DNA of 63,370 nt, the filler included, from Octopus bimaculoides (taxonomy: Eukaryota), in assembly GCF_001194135.2 (NCBI RefSeq). It is 4 parts of 4 records of this genome, joined end to end, with 100 filler letters (N's around TTAATTAATTAA, not from the genome) between each part and the next. Parts side by side here need not be neighbours in the genome. Positions count along the whole stretch, not along the records: positions 1 to 28,890 come from NC_068986.1; 3 more parts are not named here. One strand, 5' to 3'. The notes under the pieces are model-generated. The model was not told the origin of the DNA, did no database searches, and saw nothing but the letters and a program-made list of their open reading frames with translations. Position 1 is the stretch's first letter, and the number at the start of each line of letters is the position of its first letter. Both the position numbers and the translations under genes were made by a program. Below are positions 11,421 through 25,445 of this stretch, piece after piece.

Positions 11421-11931
11421 GCCAACAACTTCATAGCTTGGACTGGGTGGTCATACCACCTGCACTATTGAGGTCACTATGCAGTTCACATGACTACAAT
11501 CCTTGATGGTGTCTGGAGTCAGCTCCATGCTAGGGGATGAGGAGATTACTATAAGAAGGTGGAAGGCTGAGCAGACTCTTGTAGAGGGATCAGCATGGCT
11601 ACCCACATCTAGTAGGGGAAACAGAGAAACCAACACCATAAAATTCCAAGAATCTGCAATCTGGGCCAAATCAGGACAATTTTAAAGTTCAACAAAATCT
11701 CAATTGAAATACCATCACCTTCCAATGTCAAAAAACAAAAAGAAAATTAAAAGAAAAGGAGAGAAATCATAGGTGCATATCTCACAAGTAAGTATGATTT
11801 GGTAACATGTATCATGCTTTCATTAATTGTGATTGATGCCTGTGTGGTCACAAGCAAACTCAAACATCCTCTCAGCCCTCTCACACTCGACCTAACAGAA
11901 TCTCAAGGACATGACAGCTGGAAGGGGAAAC

Positions 11932-11971
<40 letters not shown>

Positions 11972-12277
11972 TAGAGGAGAGAGAGAGANNNNNNNNNNNN
12001 NNNNNNNNNNNNNNNNNNNNNNNNNNNNNNNNNNNNNNNNNNNNNNNNNNNNNNNNNNNNNNNNNNNNNNNNNNNNNNNNNNNNNNNNNNNNNNNNNNNN
12101 NNNNNNNNNNNNNNNNNNNNNNNNNNNNNNAGAGAGAGAGAGAGAGAGAGAGAGGAGGCAGAATGCTGCTGCAGAGCTAGGTTGGTACACATTTTCAGAA
12201 GCTCTTGTTTGCAAGAAAATCATGAAATTTAGTGACATGGTCAGTGATACTAGAGGAAGTCAGAAATTATCCATACT

Positions 12278-12386
12278 GTGTGACACCTAGGGTAAGTGTT
12301 TTCTACTATAGCTTCAGGCCAACCAAAGCCTTGCAAGTGGATTTGGTAGACAAGGCTTTGATAGACAGAAACTGAAATAAGCCTGT

Positions 12387-12417
<31 letters not shown>

Positions 12418-12645
12418 ATGTATGTGTGTGTCTTTGTTTGTCCCTGCCCCACCATCACCACTTGACAACTGGTGTTGGTGTACTTAGATCCCTGTAACTT
12501 AGTGGCTCAGCAAAAGAAACCAATAGACAAACTACTAGGCTTGAGAAATAAGTCCAGGGGTTGATTTGTTTGACTAAAACCCTTCAAGGCAGTGCTCCAG
12601 CATGGCTGCAGTCAAATGACTGAAACAAGTAAAAGAATTAAAGAA
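12278..12645 (+). mobile_element. SINE family A, 5'-truncated
   Basis: Body and tail match, ending GCAGTCAAATGACTGAAACAAGTAAAAGA. Confidence 0.85.
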
Positions 12646-12699
12646 TACTTTCACCAAACCATTTTTAGGTTGGCTGCCCTGCCTTCAGTGCTCATGAGC

Positions 12700-13550
12700 T
12701 ATAAGGTGGTACTCTTGTGGTTGCATAACCAAGGTTTGACCTTGTTCACTCTAGTTTTCTTTCTTGGGTTACAAAGTAAACATACTTCCTCTGCTGACAA
12801 TGTGTACCAAAGAAGAACAGAGATCAATGACCCTGTTTCTCTGGTCAGATGGTGTGTCAGAGGCTGGAATTCATTGCAGGCTTTCAGTACAATATGAGGT
12901 CAGCACTCTGCCACTTAGAGGTGTGTATGAGTGGATTAAGAAGTTTAAAAGACAAATGTGAAGCACAAAGTGGAAGCAAAACATCCATCAAACTCTACCA
13001 CTGATGTGAGAATCAACAAACCTGAGAGATGGTTCTGGTGAACAAACAAGTAACCATCAATGAAGTGGTATGTTATCTGCATATTAGTCACAGTTCTGCC
13101 TACAAAATCATCCATGACAAGCTTTGCTTCTGTAAAGTCTGTGTGAGGTGGGTGCCAAGAGAGATTACTGAAATGCATAAGCTCAACTGTGTGGAGATCT
13201 TATAATACTTACTCAACTGCTACAATGATGAAGGCAAAGCTTTTTTTTAGAGAGAATAGTTACAAGAGATGAGACTTGGGTCCATCACTTTGAACCAGAA
13301 CCCAAATCACAGAATATGACATAGAAGCATCTGGAGTTGCTTGCGAAAAAGAAATTCAAGGCTCAACATTCTGCAGAAAAGTGATGCTGTTTTTTGGGAA
13401 TGTAGAAGGGCCTATACTGGAACATTACCTGGGAAAAGGATCTACAGTCACCAGTGTAGTCTACAGTAAAATGTTGGCTAACAAATTGAAACCAGCAATT
13501 TGCTCCAAATGCTGAGGTCTGTTGTCAAAGCAATGTACCACCTCATCATG
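12700..13550 (+). mobile_element. Degenerate mariner (DD34D-type) transposase remnant
   Basis: QRSMTLFLW..VYEWIKKFK (HTH), KVCVRWVPRE, VTRDETWVHHFEPE, KVML; broken by frameshifts and stops, 3' part missing. Confidence 0.85.
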
Positions 13551-13699
13551 GTATGTCAGAGTATGTAATATGGTCCTCAGTTAAACAGAGACAGGATATG
13601 ATTGGAAAAATGTTGAATGTGTTACTTGGTTTAGCCAACTTTCCTATATGCCTTTGGGCTGACCACTTCATCAAGTCTGACTTGTGGTCTTTGCAACGC

Positions 13700-13782
13700 C
13701 AACAGCTATCATCACTATCACTGCTATCACCACCGTCATCATTATCATCATCGCCATCATCATCACCATCACCACCACCACC

Positions 13783-13816
<34 letters not shown>

Positions 13817-14350
13817 TCATCATCATTATCACTAACATGACCACTGCCACCACAATTTTCATCATCCTCGTCACAGCTACACTCACAGCCACCATCAACA
13901 ATTATCACCACCACCATCATCATTGCCATCAACATTATCATTACCATGACTACACCTATAGCCACCACGATTTTCGTCACCATCGTCATCACAACAGTTA
14001 CATTTATAGCTACCACTGCCACTACCACCACCACCACTGTCACCACCACCATCATCACTTCCATTACAGTCATCATCTTCATAATCATCACCACTACCAC
14101 CACCACTACAAGTACCACCATCACGACCGACATCATCATCATCATCGCATCCACCATCAGCATTATTATCATCGTCATCATCACCATGACATACTGCCAC
14201 CGCCACCACTGCCGGTACCACCGCCACCACCGCCGCCACTGTCGCCGCTACCACCACCGTCGTCATCATCACTTGTCAAGTTCGCCTGTAGGAACACTTG
14301 TTGCTGTTACTTTTACTGTTGCTGCCATGGTGGTGGTGATGACGGTGGGC
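13700..14350. repeat. Mosaic trinucleotide low-complexity tract (CAT/CAC/CGC/TAC)
   Basis: Imperfect CAY/CAC runs that produce poly-H/T/I/M/V pseudo-ORFs in all frames. Confidence 0.9.
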
Positions 14351-16284
14351 ATCATCGTCGTAGTTCATTGTTTTGTCTCCAAACCGACCTTAAATGACCA
14401 GACGCAATGTCAATTGCATTCAACCGTGGCTATTTTTTTGTTGTTGTTGTTTTTACTCTTTTTACTTGGTTCAGTCATTTGACTGTAGTCATACTGGAGC
14501 ACCGTCCGANNNNNNNNNNNNNNNNNNNNNNNNNNNNNNNNNNNNNNNNNNNNNNNNNNNNNNNNNNNNNNNNNNNNNNNNNNNNNNNNNNNNNNNNNNN
14601 NNNNNNNNNNNNNNNNNNNNNNNNNNNNNNNNNNNNNNNNNNNNNNNNNNNNNNNNNNNNNNNNNNNNNNNNNNNNNNNNNNNNNNNNNNNNNNNNNNNN
14701 NNNNNNNNNNNNNNNNNNNNNNNNNNNNNNNNNNNNNNNNNNNNNNNNNNNNNNNNNNNNNNNNNNNNNNNNNNNNNNNNNNNNNNNNNNNNNNNNNNNN
14801 NNNNNNNNNNNNNNNNNNNNNNNNNNNNNNNNNNNNNNNNNNNNNNNNNNNNNNNNNNNNNNNNNNNNNNNNNNNNNNNNNNNNNNNNNNNNNNNNNNNN
14901 NNNNNNNNNNNNNNNNNNNNNNNNNNNNNNNNNNNNNNNNNNNNNNNNNNNNNNNNNNNNNNNNNNNNNNNNNNNNNNNNNNNNNNNNNNNNNNNNNNNN
15001 NNNNNNNNNNNNNNNNNNNNNNNNNNNNNNNNNNNNNNNNNNNNNNNNNNNNNNNNNNNNNNNNNNNNNNNNNNNNNNNNNNNNNNNNNNNNNNNNNNNN
15101 NNNNNNNNNNNNNNNNNNNNNNNNNNNNNNNNNNNNNNNNNNNNNNNNNNNNNNNNNNNNNNNNNNNNNNNNNNNNNNNNNNNNNNNNNNNNNNNNNNNN
15201 NNNNNNNNNNNNNNNNNNNNNNNNNNNNNNNNNNNNNNNNNNNNNNNNNNNNNNNNNNNNNNNNNNNNNNNNNNNNNNNNNNNNNNNNNNNNNNNNNNNN
15301 NNNNNNNNNNNNNNNNNNNNNNNNNNCCAAGGACTACACAATGGAAATACATCTTTTTATTTCCCTTTCATTCAAGTAGAGTGTAGTTTGATTTAGATTT
15401 AGGGTGCTATTTCTAGCCGGGCAAGCAACGACCATGTAAAGTCATCGTCGCTGTCTTGCACATGTTAGTGAGTGTTGGTGGTGATGTGCTCTGTCTCTCC
15501 ATAGAGACAACCATCAGTTAGATGGAACTGGTTAAGAAATGTTCCATTAGAGAGAGGGGGGGTTGAGAGAGAAAGAGAGAGTGGGAGAGAGAGAGAGAGA
15601 GAGAAAGAATGTTGCTCAACTTCCAAGTTTGATCACGTCAGTGTTTATGGAAACAACAATAGACCTGCTCGCGCGCACACACGTGTGTGTGTGTGTACAT
15701 GTGTGTGTGTGTGTATGTGTGTGTGTGTATGTGTGTGTGTGTAGTGTGTGTGTGTGTAACGTATATACACATATATAAAATATTTATAAAGATGCATGTG
15801 TGTATTAAATATATATATATACACACACATATACATATTTATATACATACGCACATTTACAAATACATACATATACATACATACATATAAATATATATAT
15901 AGGTAGATAAGTATGTAATATATACACACGTACATATATAAATAAACATACACATTTAAACATATATATATATGCATACGTATAAATATACATATATAGA
16001 TACGTATATACATGCATACATACATAGAGAAAAACATCCCCTACACACATACATACACACACACATACACTCACACACGCGCGCATATACACACATACAC
16101 GTACATCTATGAAATCAATACCAAATGAATTGTTTCTTAAAAAAAAAAAACATCTCTTTTTGTGGTTTTCCTCAAAGGGACAAATGAAAATTTATTAATA
16201 GGATTCTTTGAATTAATTCTTCGCGTGCGCGCACACACATACACACATCTATGTGTGTGTATGTATGTATATATATATATATGC

Positions 16285-16328
<44 letters not shown>

Positions 16329-16895
16329 NNNNNNNNNNNNNNNNNNNNNNNNNNNNNNNNNNNNNNNNNNNNNNNNNNNNNNNNNNNNNNNNNNNNNNNN
16401 NNNNNNNNNNNNNNNNNNNNNNNNNNNNNNNNNNNNNNNNNNNNNNNNNNNNNNNNNNNNNNNNNNNNNNNNNNNNNNNNNNNNNNNNNNNNNNNNNNNN
16501 NNNNNNNNNNNNNNNNNNNNNNNNNNNNNNNNNNNNNNNNNNNNNNNNNNNNNNNNNNNNNNNNNNNNNNNNNNNNNNNNNNNNNNNNNNNNNNNNNNNN
16601 NNNNNNNNNNNNNNNNNNNNNNNNNNNNNNNNNNNNNNNNNNNNNNNNNNNNNNNNNNNNNNNNNNNNNNNNNNNNNNNNNNNNNNNNNNNNNNNNNNNN
16701 NNNNNNNNNNNNNNNNNNNNNNNNNNTATATATATAATTATTTGAAGTATTTTTCACACTTTTTCTATTTTCCTCACTATTTTATTTGTTTGTATCTTTA
16801 TTTTGTTTCAATTAGAAAAAAAAAATTCTGATGCGGATTATTTTGAGAAAAGAACAACCAAAGTTAAAACAAAGTAAAAGCACACACACATAGAC

Positions 16896-16907
16896 GCGCA
16901 CGTGCGC
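16896..16907. promoter_or_regulatory. Perfect 12-bp palindrome GCGCACGTGCGC with E-box core CACGTG
   Basis: Read directly; about 30 bp upstream of the TATA-like box and 200 bp upstream of the kinase ATG; function is inferred. Confidence 0.4.
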
Positions 16908-16935
16908 ACTCACAGACACATACTGAAAAAAAAAA

Positions 16936-16945
16936 CCTATAAAAG
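16936..16945 (+). promoter_or_regulatory. Candidate TATA box of the SIK gene
   Basis: CCTATAAAAG matches the TATA consensus, 170 bp upstream of the ATG at the edge of a CpG-retaining segment. Confidence 0.5.
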
Positions 16946-17004
16946 ATTGATGAGCAGACTGACTAGTTCGAGAATTGAACCAGCTTGTCAACCGGACGCT
17001 TTAT

Positions 17005-17012
17005 TTACGTCA
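17005..17012. promoter_or_regulatory. CRE-like site TTACGTCA
   Basis: One mismatch to TGACGTCA; vertebrate SIK1 is a known CREB target; function here is inferred. Confidence 0.35.
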
Positions 17013-17074
17013 GAGCTGGTTACCAGGGGCAACGTCGGTATGAACAGCAGCAGCAGCAGCAGGGCTGAGACTAA

Positions 17075-17743
<669 letters not shown>

Positions 17744-18156
17744 TAAACTTTCTGTCTTTTTGAGACTTCTGTCTCTATCTATCTATCTATCTGCCTACCT
17801 ATTTACTGACCATATATCTGTATCTGTCTATATATTTATCTCTTCTTGTGTATATCTATCTATCTATCTATCACTGGACGAAACCTGTCGCCCATTTAAC
17901 CACTATCACCACCACCTGGCACTTTGGATATATTTAACTTAGGTGTCCCCCTGTTGCAAAGACTCAGATCAGGTTTCCGTTCCGAAGAAACTTATGCCAT
18001 TCCTCTAACTCGTCTCGGAGACTTAAAAAAGTCATCCTCACTGACCACACTTTCTCCTCTGATCAAGCCTCTATAAAAGTACTGTCTATCTATCTATCTA
18101 TCTATCTGTGATAAGTGCCCTTCTTCCGTTTGTCTACTCACTCGTGTGTGTGTATG

Positions 18157-18211
<55 letters not shown>

Positions 18212-18763
18212 CTTATCAAAATTTACCTATATATTTACCTGTGTGTATCTATGTATACATGTATGTATGTGTATATACATATATAGTTATATATGTGTGT
18301 GTTTTTGTATGTCATATATCTCTGCATGTCTATCTGTATATCTATACCTCTTAGGCCTATCGATCTGTATATGTATATTTGTCTCCATATCTCGCTGGCT
18401 AGCTGTCAGTCTATGTCTCGGTGTAATATAAATGTCTTACCCCTCGCAACACGAGTCTCTCCTACAAGAACATCCAAATGTCCCTCAAATCACACTCTCT
18501 CAAAAAGGAAGGACCCATTAAACAATGTAATCCTGAATATACAAAAAAGACGGGATGTCCAGTGATGATAGGTCTGCTCGATCGCAGCTGACTTGGAGCT
18601 AAACGACTTCGGAACTATTTCAAAACTAAGCATGTCATTATCAGTTACAAAACACCGTTCACTGCAATCAGAGAACTTTTTCCAGATTTTAGTGAGCTGA
18701 GGTGGACTAGTCCACGGAACAAACATTACCTCACACTTCATCTATATCTACCCTTTGTGTGTA

Positions 18764-18812
<49 letters not shown>

Positions 18813-18816
<4 letters not shown>

Positions 18817-19262
18817 GTTGTGAGGTAAGTTTGCTTGCCAACCACATGGTTCCGGGTTCAGTTTCACTGCGTGACTTTTTGGGCAAATGCCTTCTGCTTT
18901 AGCCGACCAAAAGTCTTGTGAGTGGATTTTGTAGACGGAATCTGAAAGAAGCCTGTCATATATATATATATAGAGAGAGAGAGAGTGAGAGAGAGTTGGT
19001 CGTGTATAACAATATTTCTGTACACGATATCACATGAAAAAACTTGCAAAACAAATACATAAACGTATACGCACACGTGTGTCCCCACTACCGTTTGACA
19101 ACTAGTGTTTGTTTGTTTACATCCCCGTCATTTAGCGGGCTGGTAAAAAAGAAAAACACGTAAAAAATAAGTACTGGGGTCGATTCGTTCCACTAAAACC
19201 CTTCAAAGCAGTGCCCCAGCATGGCCACAGTCCAACGGCTGAAAACAAGTGAAAGATAAAAG
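18813..19262 (+). mobile_element. SINE family A, near full length
   Basis: Head, body, internal microsatellite and tail are colinear with the 41848-42270 copy. Confidence 0.85.
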
Positions 19263-19705
19263 ATATTTTGTTATATATATTTATATTTGCGCACAGACGC
19301 GTGTGTATGCATGTATGCATATGTACATACCTGTATGTGAAAATATATTATTTACTTGTGTGTGTGATACGAGGCCTTAAAATGCGACGTTGATGTATGT
19401 ATTATTTTCAGTGACATTAGCGATGATACTAATTATAAAGCAATAACTGTAAATAGGGGATCGAATCCAGGGTTTTGTGGTGTTTAGTATCCTGTTCGCC
19501 GGTTGTGGACATTTTAGTCTACAGCTTTTGTATCAGTTCGGATCTTGTGTAGATGATGTCTCAACCCTTACAAGCCATGAGCACCTATATTTTTTTGTGG
19601 GGGATCATCAGATATGACCATCACTCTACCGTTCTCATCCATACTCTCTCTCTCTCTCTCTTACACACACACGCACACATACTTACACATATACAGGTTC
19701 TATTC

Positions 19706-20010
19706 CACTGCGTGGTACCTTGGGTAAGTGTCTTAGCCCCGAGCCGACCAGAGCCTTGTGAATGGATTTGATAGACAGAAATTAAAAGCCCGTCGCACAT
19801 GTGTGTGTGTGTGTGTTTGTCTTCCCCCTCCGCTTGACAATCGGTATTGGTTTGTTTACTTCCCCATTACTACTAAACGAGTTGACAAAAGTAACCGATA
19901 GAATAAGTATCCGGCTTAAAAAATAAGAACTAGTATCGAGTCATTTGACTGAAAACCCTCAGCGGTGTCCTTAGCATGGTCGCCGTCCAGTGATTGAAAC
20001 AAGTAAAAGA
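19706..20010 (+). mobile_element. SINE family A, 5'-truncated
   Basis: CCACTGCGTGGTACCTTGGG..GAAACAAGTAAAAGA. Confidence 0.8.
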
Positions 20011-20355
20011 TATATATGTGGGCAGAGGTAAAGCATACGTACGCCACCCGTTTTCGACGTAACAAAATTCCTAACCCTGACCACCGGATGTACGTATTTA
20101 CTTTCGCCATATATGTACCCACCCTCTCGTTTGCAATTGCTCTCTATCTTGAATGGACGGCATGGTCTGTTCAAGTTGTTTATTGTTGTGACTCCACAAC
20201 GGTGTGTGTGTGTGTGCATAACTCGATAGCTCCAGTATGTATAATTGTTAAAGATCGGGATTGTCTTTATTTTACAAGTACTACTTCTTTCATTAGTTTG
20301 TATTTTCGTATTTTAGCAAATACTACTGACTATTATTATTTTTGTTATTGTTGTT

Positions 20356-20650
20356 AAGGCGACGCGCTGGACATAATACTTTGCAGCATTTCGTCCGTCA
20401 TTACGTTCTGGACTCAAATACTGCCGAACTTGACTTTGCCTTTCGAGGTTGATGTAATCGGCTTCCCCATCCCCTCAATAACTGTTGGCCCGATGCCAAA
20501 ATTTGAAACCGTTATTTTTGTTGTTGTCAAGGTGGTGTTTGTTCCGGCTCTAAGTTCTAAGCTCAGTTCCCGTCGGGATCTATAAAATAAAGTACCGGTC
20601 ACATACTGATGTAGATGGTATCGACTGATTCCCTCCCCCAAAATTGCTGG
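20356..20650 (+). mobile_element. SINE family B fragments, rearranged
   Basis: TAAGGCG..CATTTCGTCCGTC..TTGACTTTGCCTTTC and a second ATAAAATAAAGTACC segment. Confidence 0.55.
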
Positions 20651-21543
20651 CCTTATTCCTAAATTAGAAATTTTTGTTATTGCTAGTAAAATATTTTTTT
20701 GCTAACAGTTCTCCCTTCAAAAGTATGAGCACAACACTCTTAGTCCCAAATATTTATTTATCTAAGCGGAGAATTCCCTGTTGTAGTTAGGTGGTTTATT
20801 TTATAATCCTCAGTGAAATATATTACTGTCCACACGTTCCACTGTTAGCAGTTCTCTCTCTCAAAACATCCTAGGTCACACACACACAATGCCTGCTATT
20901 GTAAGAGGAGGTGAGAGATAAGGAAGTACCACTATATTCGGTGACCCTTCTGCGGTTCGATTAAACATCAGTCCGATGATGAAGCTCATTTTCAATGACT
21001 AACTCTACTGAAGCCGCTCGGCCCCATTCATAGTACCAGTACCTGTAGAGTCCTCTGTGTTTAGTTTTACACACCTTACCTTCTTTAAAATATCGTAGAG
21101 GTCGGCTTTGCCTCGCATATGACGAGGGTCGATAAGATCAATACGTGTCAGATACTGAGGTCGATACAGTCGACTCTCTTCCTAACCCTTTGTAACTCTA
21201 TAGCTGTTGTGTCTTTTAATAGTTCCGTGCAAATTTCTGCTAAACCACCAGGTGCTCATCCACTTCCCATGTGTGTGTGTGTGTGTGTTATGGTCATTCA
21301 GATGTGTTGAACTGTGTACGATATCTCGGTTTATTATTGGTTCTGTTTTCCTGTCTCTGGTCGGTAACAACGATCGAATCGTTCTATTCTATGTGATAAA
21401 GGCACCAGCCATGTACGTGCATACACACATATGTGTTTGTGTGTGTTCACTGTGAATTGTCGGGAAATAGTACTCATATTTTGTTTTGATCCCAAACAAA
21501 CCTTACTTTCTACTGAAAGACCAGCAAGAGACTGATTCAACTG

Positions 21544-21584
<41 letters not shown>

Positions 21585-21922
21585 NNNNNNNNNNNNNNNN
21601 NNNNNNNNNNNNNNNNNNNNNNNNNNNNNNNNNNNNNNNNNNNNNNNNNNNNNNNNNNNNNNNNNNNNNNNNNNNNNNNNNNNNNNNNNNNNNNNNNNNN
21701 NNNNNNNNNNNNNNNNNNNNNNNNNNNNNNNNNNNNNNNNNNNNNNNNNNNNNNNNNNNNNNNNNNNNNNNNNNNNNNNNNNNNNNNNNNNNNNNNNNNN
21801 NNNNNNNNNNNNNNNNNNNNNNNNNNNNNNNNNNNNNNNNNNNNNNNNNNNNNNNNNNNNNNNNNNNNNNNNNNNNNNNNNNNNNNNNNNNNNNNNNNNN
21901 NNNNNNNNNNNNNNNNNNNNNN

Positions 21923-21981
<59 letters not shown>

Positions 21982-22319
21982 TGCATGCGTACAGATAATA
22001 GTTGTTTTCTGCTTTAGGTACAAGGTTAAGTCAACAGTTTTGAGAGGAGGGGTTTTCTATACCATCGACCTTCGTTGCCTCAGTTGCCTTATTTTATCGA
22101 CTGTATTGGCGAATGTATTCTTTCCTGTTTTAAGTTGGTAGGGGTGGGGAATTTGAGGGAATCTGGCTGCTATTTCTAACATACTGGAGTTCTCTCATTA
22201 CTTCGTCATATTGGGCGTGAAAGAGCTAAACAAGTGGTATCATATATATATCGCGCGCGCAAGACTAGCATGGCCCAAGACGAACACAACAAAACAAAAC
22301 ACACTCACAGACTTCTTCC

Positions 22320-22850
22320 TAATCTTGGTACAAAGCCAACAGTTTTGAGGGGAGGGGCGAGTCATTTCCTTGAACCCCACTGCTTGACTGGCGCTTTATT
22401 TCATCGATCCTGAAAGGATGAAAGGCAAACACGCACAGATACAAATGCATACAGACATAAACACACGTACACACAATTATATATACGCTCGCGCACCTAT
22501 ATATGCAAACATTAACTTGTTATTTTCCTGTTTGTGACCGCCTGTTTGCTCCTGTCTGTCACTGCAACTATTGAACCCCTAATCTCTGTGTCTCTAGTAT
22601 TAAATTAAGTATTAATGTTTGATTCGTAATTATTACTGGTCGCCTAATTAGCGTAACACTGTATAAAACATCAATACACACATACGCACCTCAGCACGTT
22701 TTTTTAATGTTGGTTTCAAATTTTGGCACAAGGCCAGTAATTTCGGAGGAAGGTGTTAAATCGATTACATCGACCCCAGTGCCCAACTGATACTTATTTT
22801 ATCGACCCAAAAAGATGAAAGGCAAAGTCGACCTCGGCGGAATTCGCACG
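22320..22850 (-). mobile_element. Two SINE family B 3' parts (22320-22430 and 22720-22850)
   Basis: GGCACAAGGCCAG..ATCGACCC..GATGAAAGGCAAAGTCGACCTCGGCGGAATT is the reverse complement of the family B core. Confidence 0.75.
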
Positions 22851-23432
22851 CTTTTTAATATTAATTTTTTTTAACATTGAATAGACATGGCCGTGTGGTT
22901 TTACGTTCGCTTAACAATTGTGCTGTTTCGGGTTCATTTCTACTTCACGACACTTTGAGTAAATGTCTTCTGTGATCCTGGGCCGGTCAATGCCTTGTAA
23001 CTAACTAGTAAATTTAGTAAGAAGAATTTACAGAATTTAGTAAATGGAAACTGGCAGCCCGTCGTGTGTTAATATATTAAACCCTCGCACATATAGTGCG
23101 TATATACTTTTGTCTCTTGACAAACGTTGTTAGTTTGTTTACAACTCATTTATGTAGCTGTTCAGCTAACGAAACCGACTAGTTCAGAACTGGAGTCAGT
23201 TTGTTCGACGAAATTTCTTTAAGGATTAGCTCCTAATTGACCACGGTCCTATAAGTGCAACTAGTGAAAGAAGAAGCTTATTGTGTGGTGGTTGAAAAAT
23301 GAGAATGCATTGGAGACGTTTCGTTTCCCTTTCTCGGGTGTTTACTTTTTTTGTTTCGTTTGTTGTATATTGCTTATAAATATAAGCGTTTCCGAGTCGA
23401 TGCCTGGCTGATCATATTAAATTATATATACG

Positions 23433-23770
23433 TAGTTGTGCGGTAAGAAGTTTGCTTCCCAACCACATGGTTCTGGGTTCAGTCCCACTGCTTGGGGCAC
23501 TTGGGCAGATGTCTTCTACTATAGCCTCGGGCTTGCCCAAGGCCTTGTGAGTGGATTTTGTAGACGGAAATTGAAATGTTTGTGTGTTTGTACCCCATCA
23601 CCGCTTGACGACCGGTGTTGGTGTGTTTACGTCCCCGTAACTTAGCGGTTCTGGAAAGTTAACCGATAGAATAAGTACTAGGCTTAAAAATAAGTCCTGG
23701 GATCGATTTGTTCTACTAAAAAAAACCTTTCAAGGCGGTGCTCCAGCATGGCCGCAGTCAAATGACTGAA
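23433..23770 (+). mobile_element. SINE family A, near full length
   Basis: TGTGCGGTAAGAAG..GGGTTCAGTCCCACTG..GCAGTCAAATGACTGAAA. Confidence 0.88.
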
Positions 23771-24479
23771 ACCACTGTATTGTAAAACAAGAACATATTT
23801 TACATAGTTGCAAACTTTATCTCGCACAGAACCCAATACGTTGTGTAGAGTGGGTAGATATATTTATTTTATCAATAGTTGAGTCCATAGCTATTCACGA
23901 TAGTCGGGAACAGCTAAGGGCGAAACGGAAGACTGTCAGTTTTTAATATTCTCTCTCTCTACACATACACACATTCAATAAACGCTTTATTGTCCACTTC
24001 GGGTCATTGTTGTATAGTTATGCGGAAGATTTGTATATGTACGCACACACACAAGAAATACTAGTGGTATCGCAGGTTATTTCGAAGAGAGGGAGAGAAA
24101 TTTCTGTCAACCTTACTGGTAATATATTTATCCTGTAGAAACAACACTTGTTCTGGGAAGCTAACAGTTGTATTACTCAAATACGCAATTGAATGTACAG
24201 AAAACGTCCCTCCCCACCCCGAAACAAAAGGTCCTTATCCTGAGCAATAGACCATGGAAATACCCGTACAAATACTTTTAGAGAGGAGAGGTGACGGGGT
24301 TTTATATAGAAGCAGTGTTTGGAAATGCGTAAGTGAGAAGGATTAACTGCAAGTTTGAGGTTGTCGATTGCGCAATTAACTGTCAGCCGTCACCGCGCAT
24401 ATGTTTTGTTAGTGTTCACCATTGCTGTCTCATTGCTCCGCCCTTCTCACCCCCACTCTCCCTCTCCCTCAATATATAC

Positions 24480-24512
<33 letters not shown>

Positions 24513-24805
24513 TATATACACACGTATATGTACATATACGCACGCACACACATATATATATGCGCACACATACATATTGAGTAAGTAATCCTAATCAATA
24601 GAGTCGGAAATTATTGTACGTTCCAAAGTAACCGTAACTTCTTCAGATGTGTATTTTTCACGTTTGAATCCCTGAATTTTTTTTTTTTCTTATTTTCGGT
24701 TCTTTTAATCTTGCGAGATTAAGATTCAAAATTCTTTTCTTTGTATTTTTGCTCCATTCCTTATTTTCCTGTAACTTTTTCGTTTCTGACTTTTTATAAA
24801 ATTAT

Positions 24806-24877
<72 letters not shown>

Positions 24878-25100
24878 ACATATATACATATATATGTGTG
24901 TGTCTATATATACATGTGTGCGTATGTATATATATATGTATGTGTATATATGTGTATATATGTATGTGTATATATATGTGTATATATGTATATATCTATA
25001 TATGCATATATATATATGTATATATCTATATATGTATATATGTATATATATGTATGTATATATATGAGTATATATATATATATGTGTGTATATATGTATA

Positions 25101-25445
25101 TACTCTTTTACTTGTTTCAGTCAAATCCACCCCAGGACTTATTCTTTGTAAGCCTAGTACTTATTATATCGGTCTCATTTGCCGAACCGCTAAATTACGG
25201 GGACGGAAACACACCACCATCAGTTGTCAAGTGGTATTGTGGGGACAAACACATACACACACATACATATAAATACATATATACGACGGGCTTCTTTCAG
25301 TTTTCGTCTACCAAATCCACTCACAAGGCTTTGGTCGGCCCGAGGCTATAGTAGCAGACACTTGCCCAAGGTGCCACACAATGGGACTGAACCCGGTAGG
25401 ATGTGGTTGGTAAGCAAGCTACTTACCACATAGCCATTCCTGCAC
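25101..25445 (-). mobile_element. SINE family A with internal deletion in the tail
   Basis: Colinear with copy 43-444. Confidence 0.85.

Noticed and set aside
13546-14482. Long His/Thr/Ile/Met/Val-rich ORFs up to 237 aa
   Set aside because: Trinucleotide low-complexity DNA open in several frames on both strands; no domain or splice support
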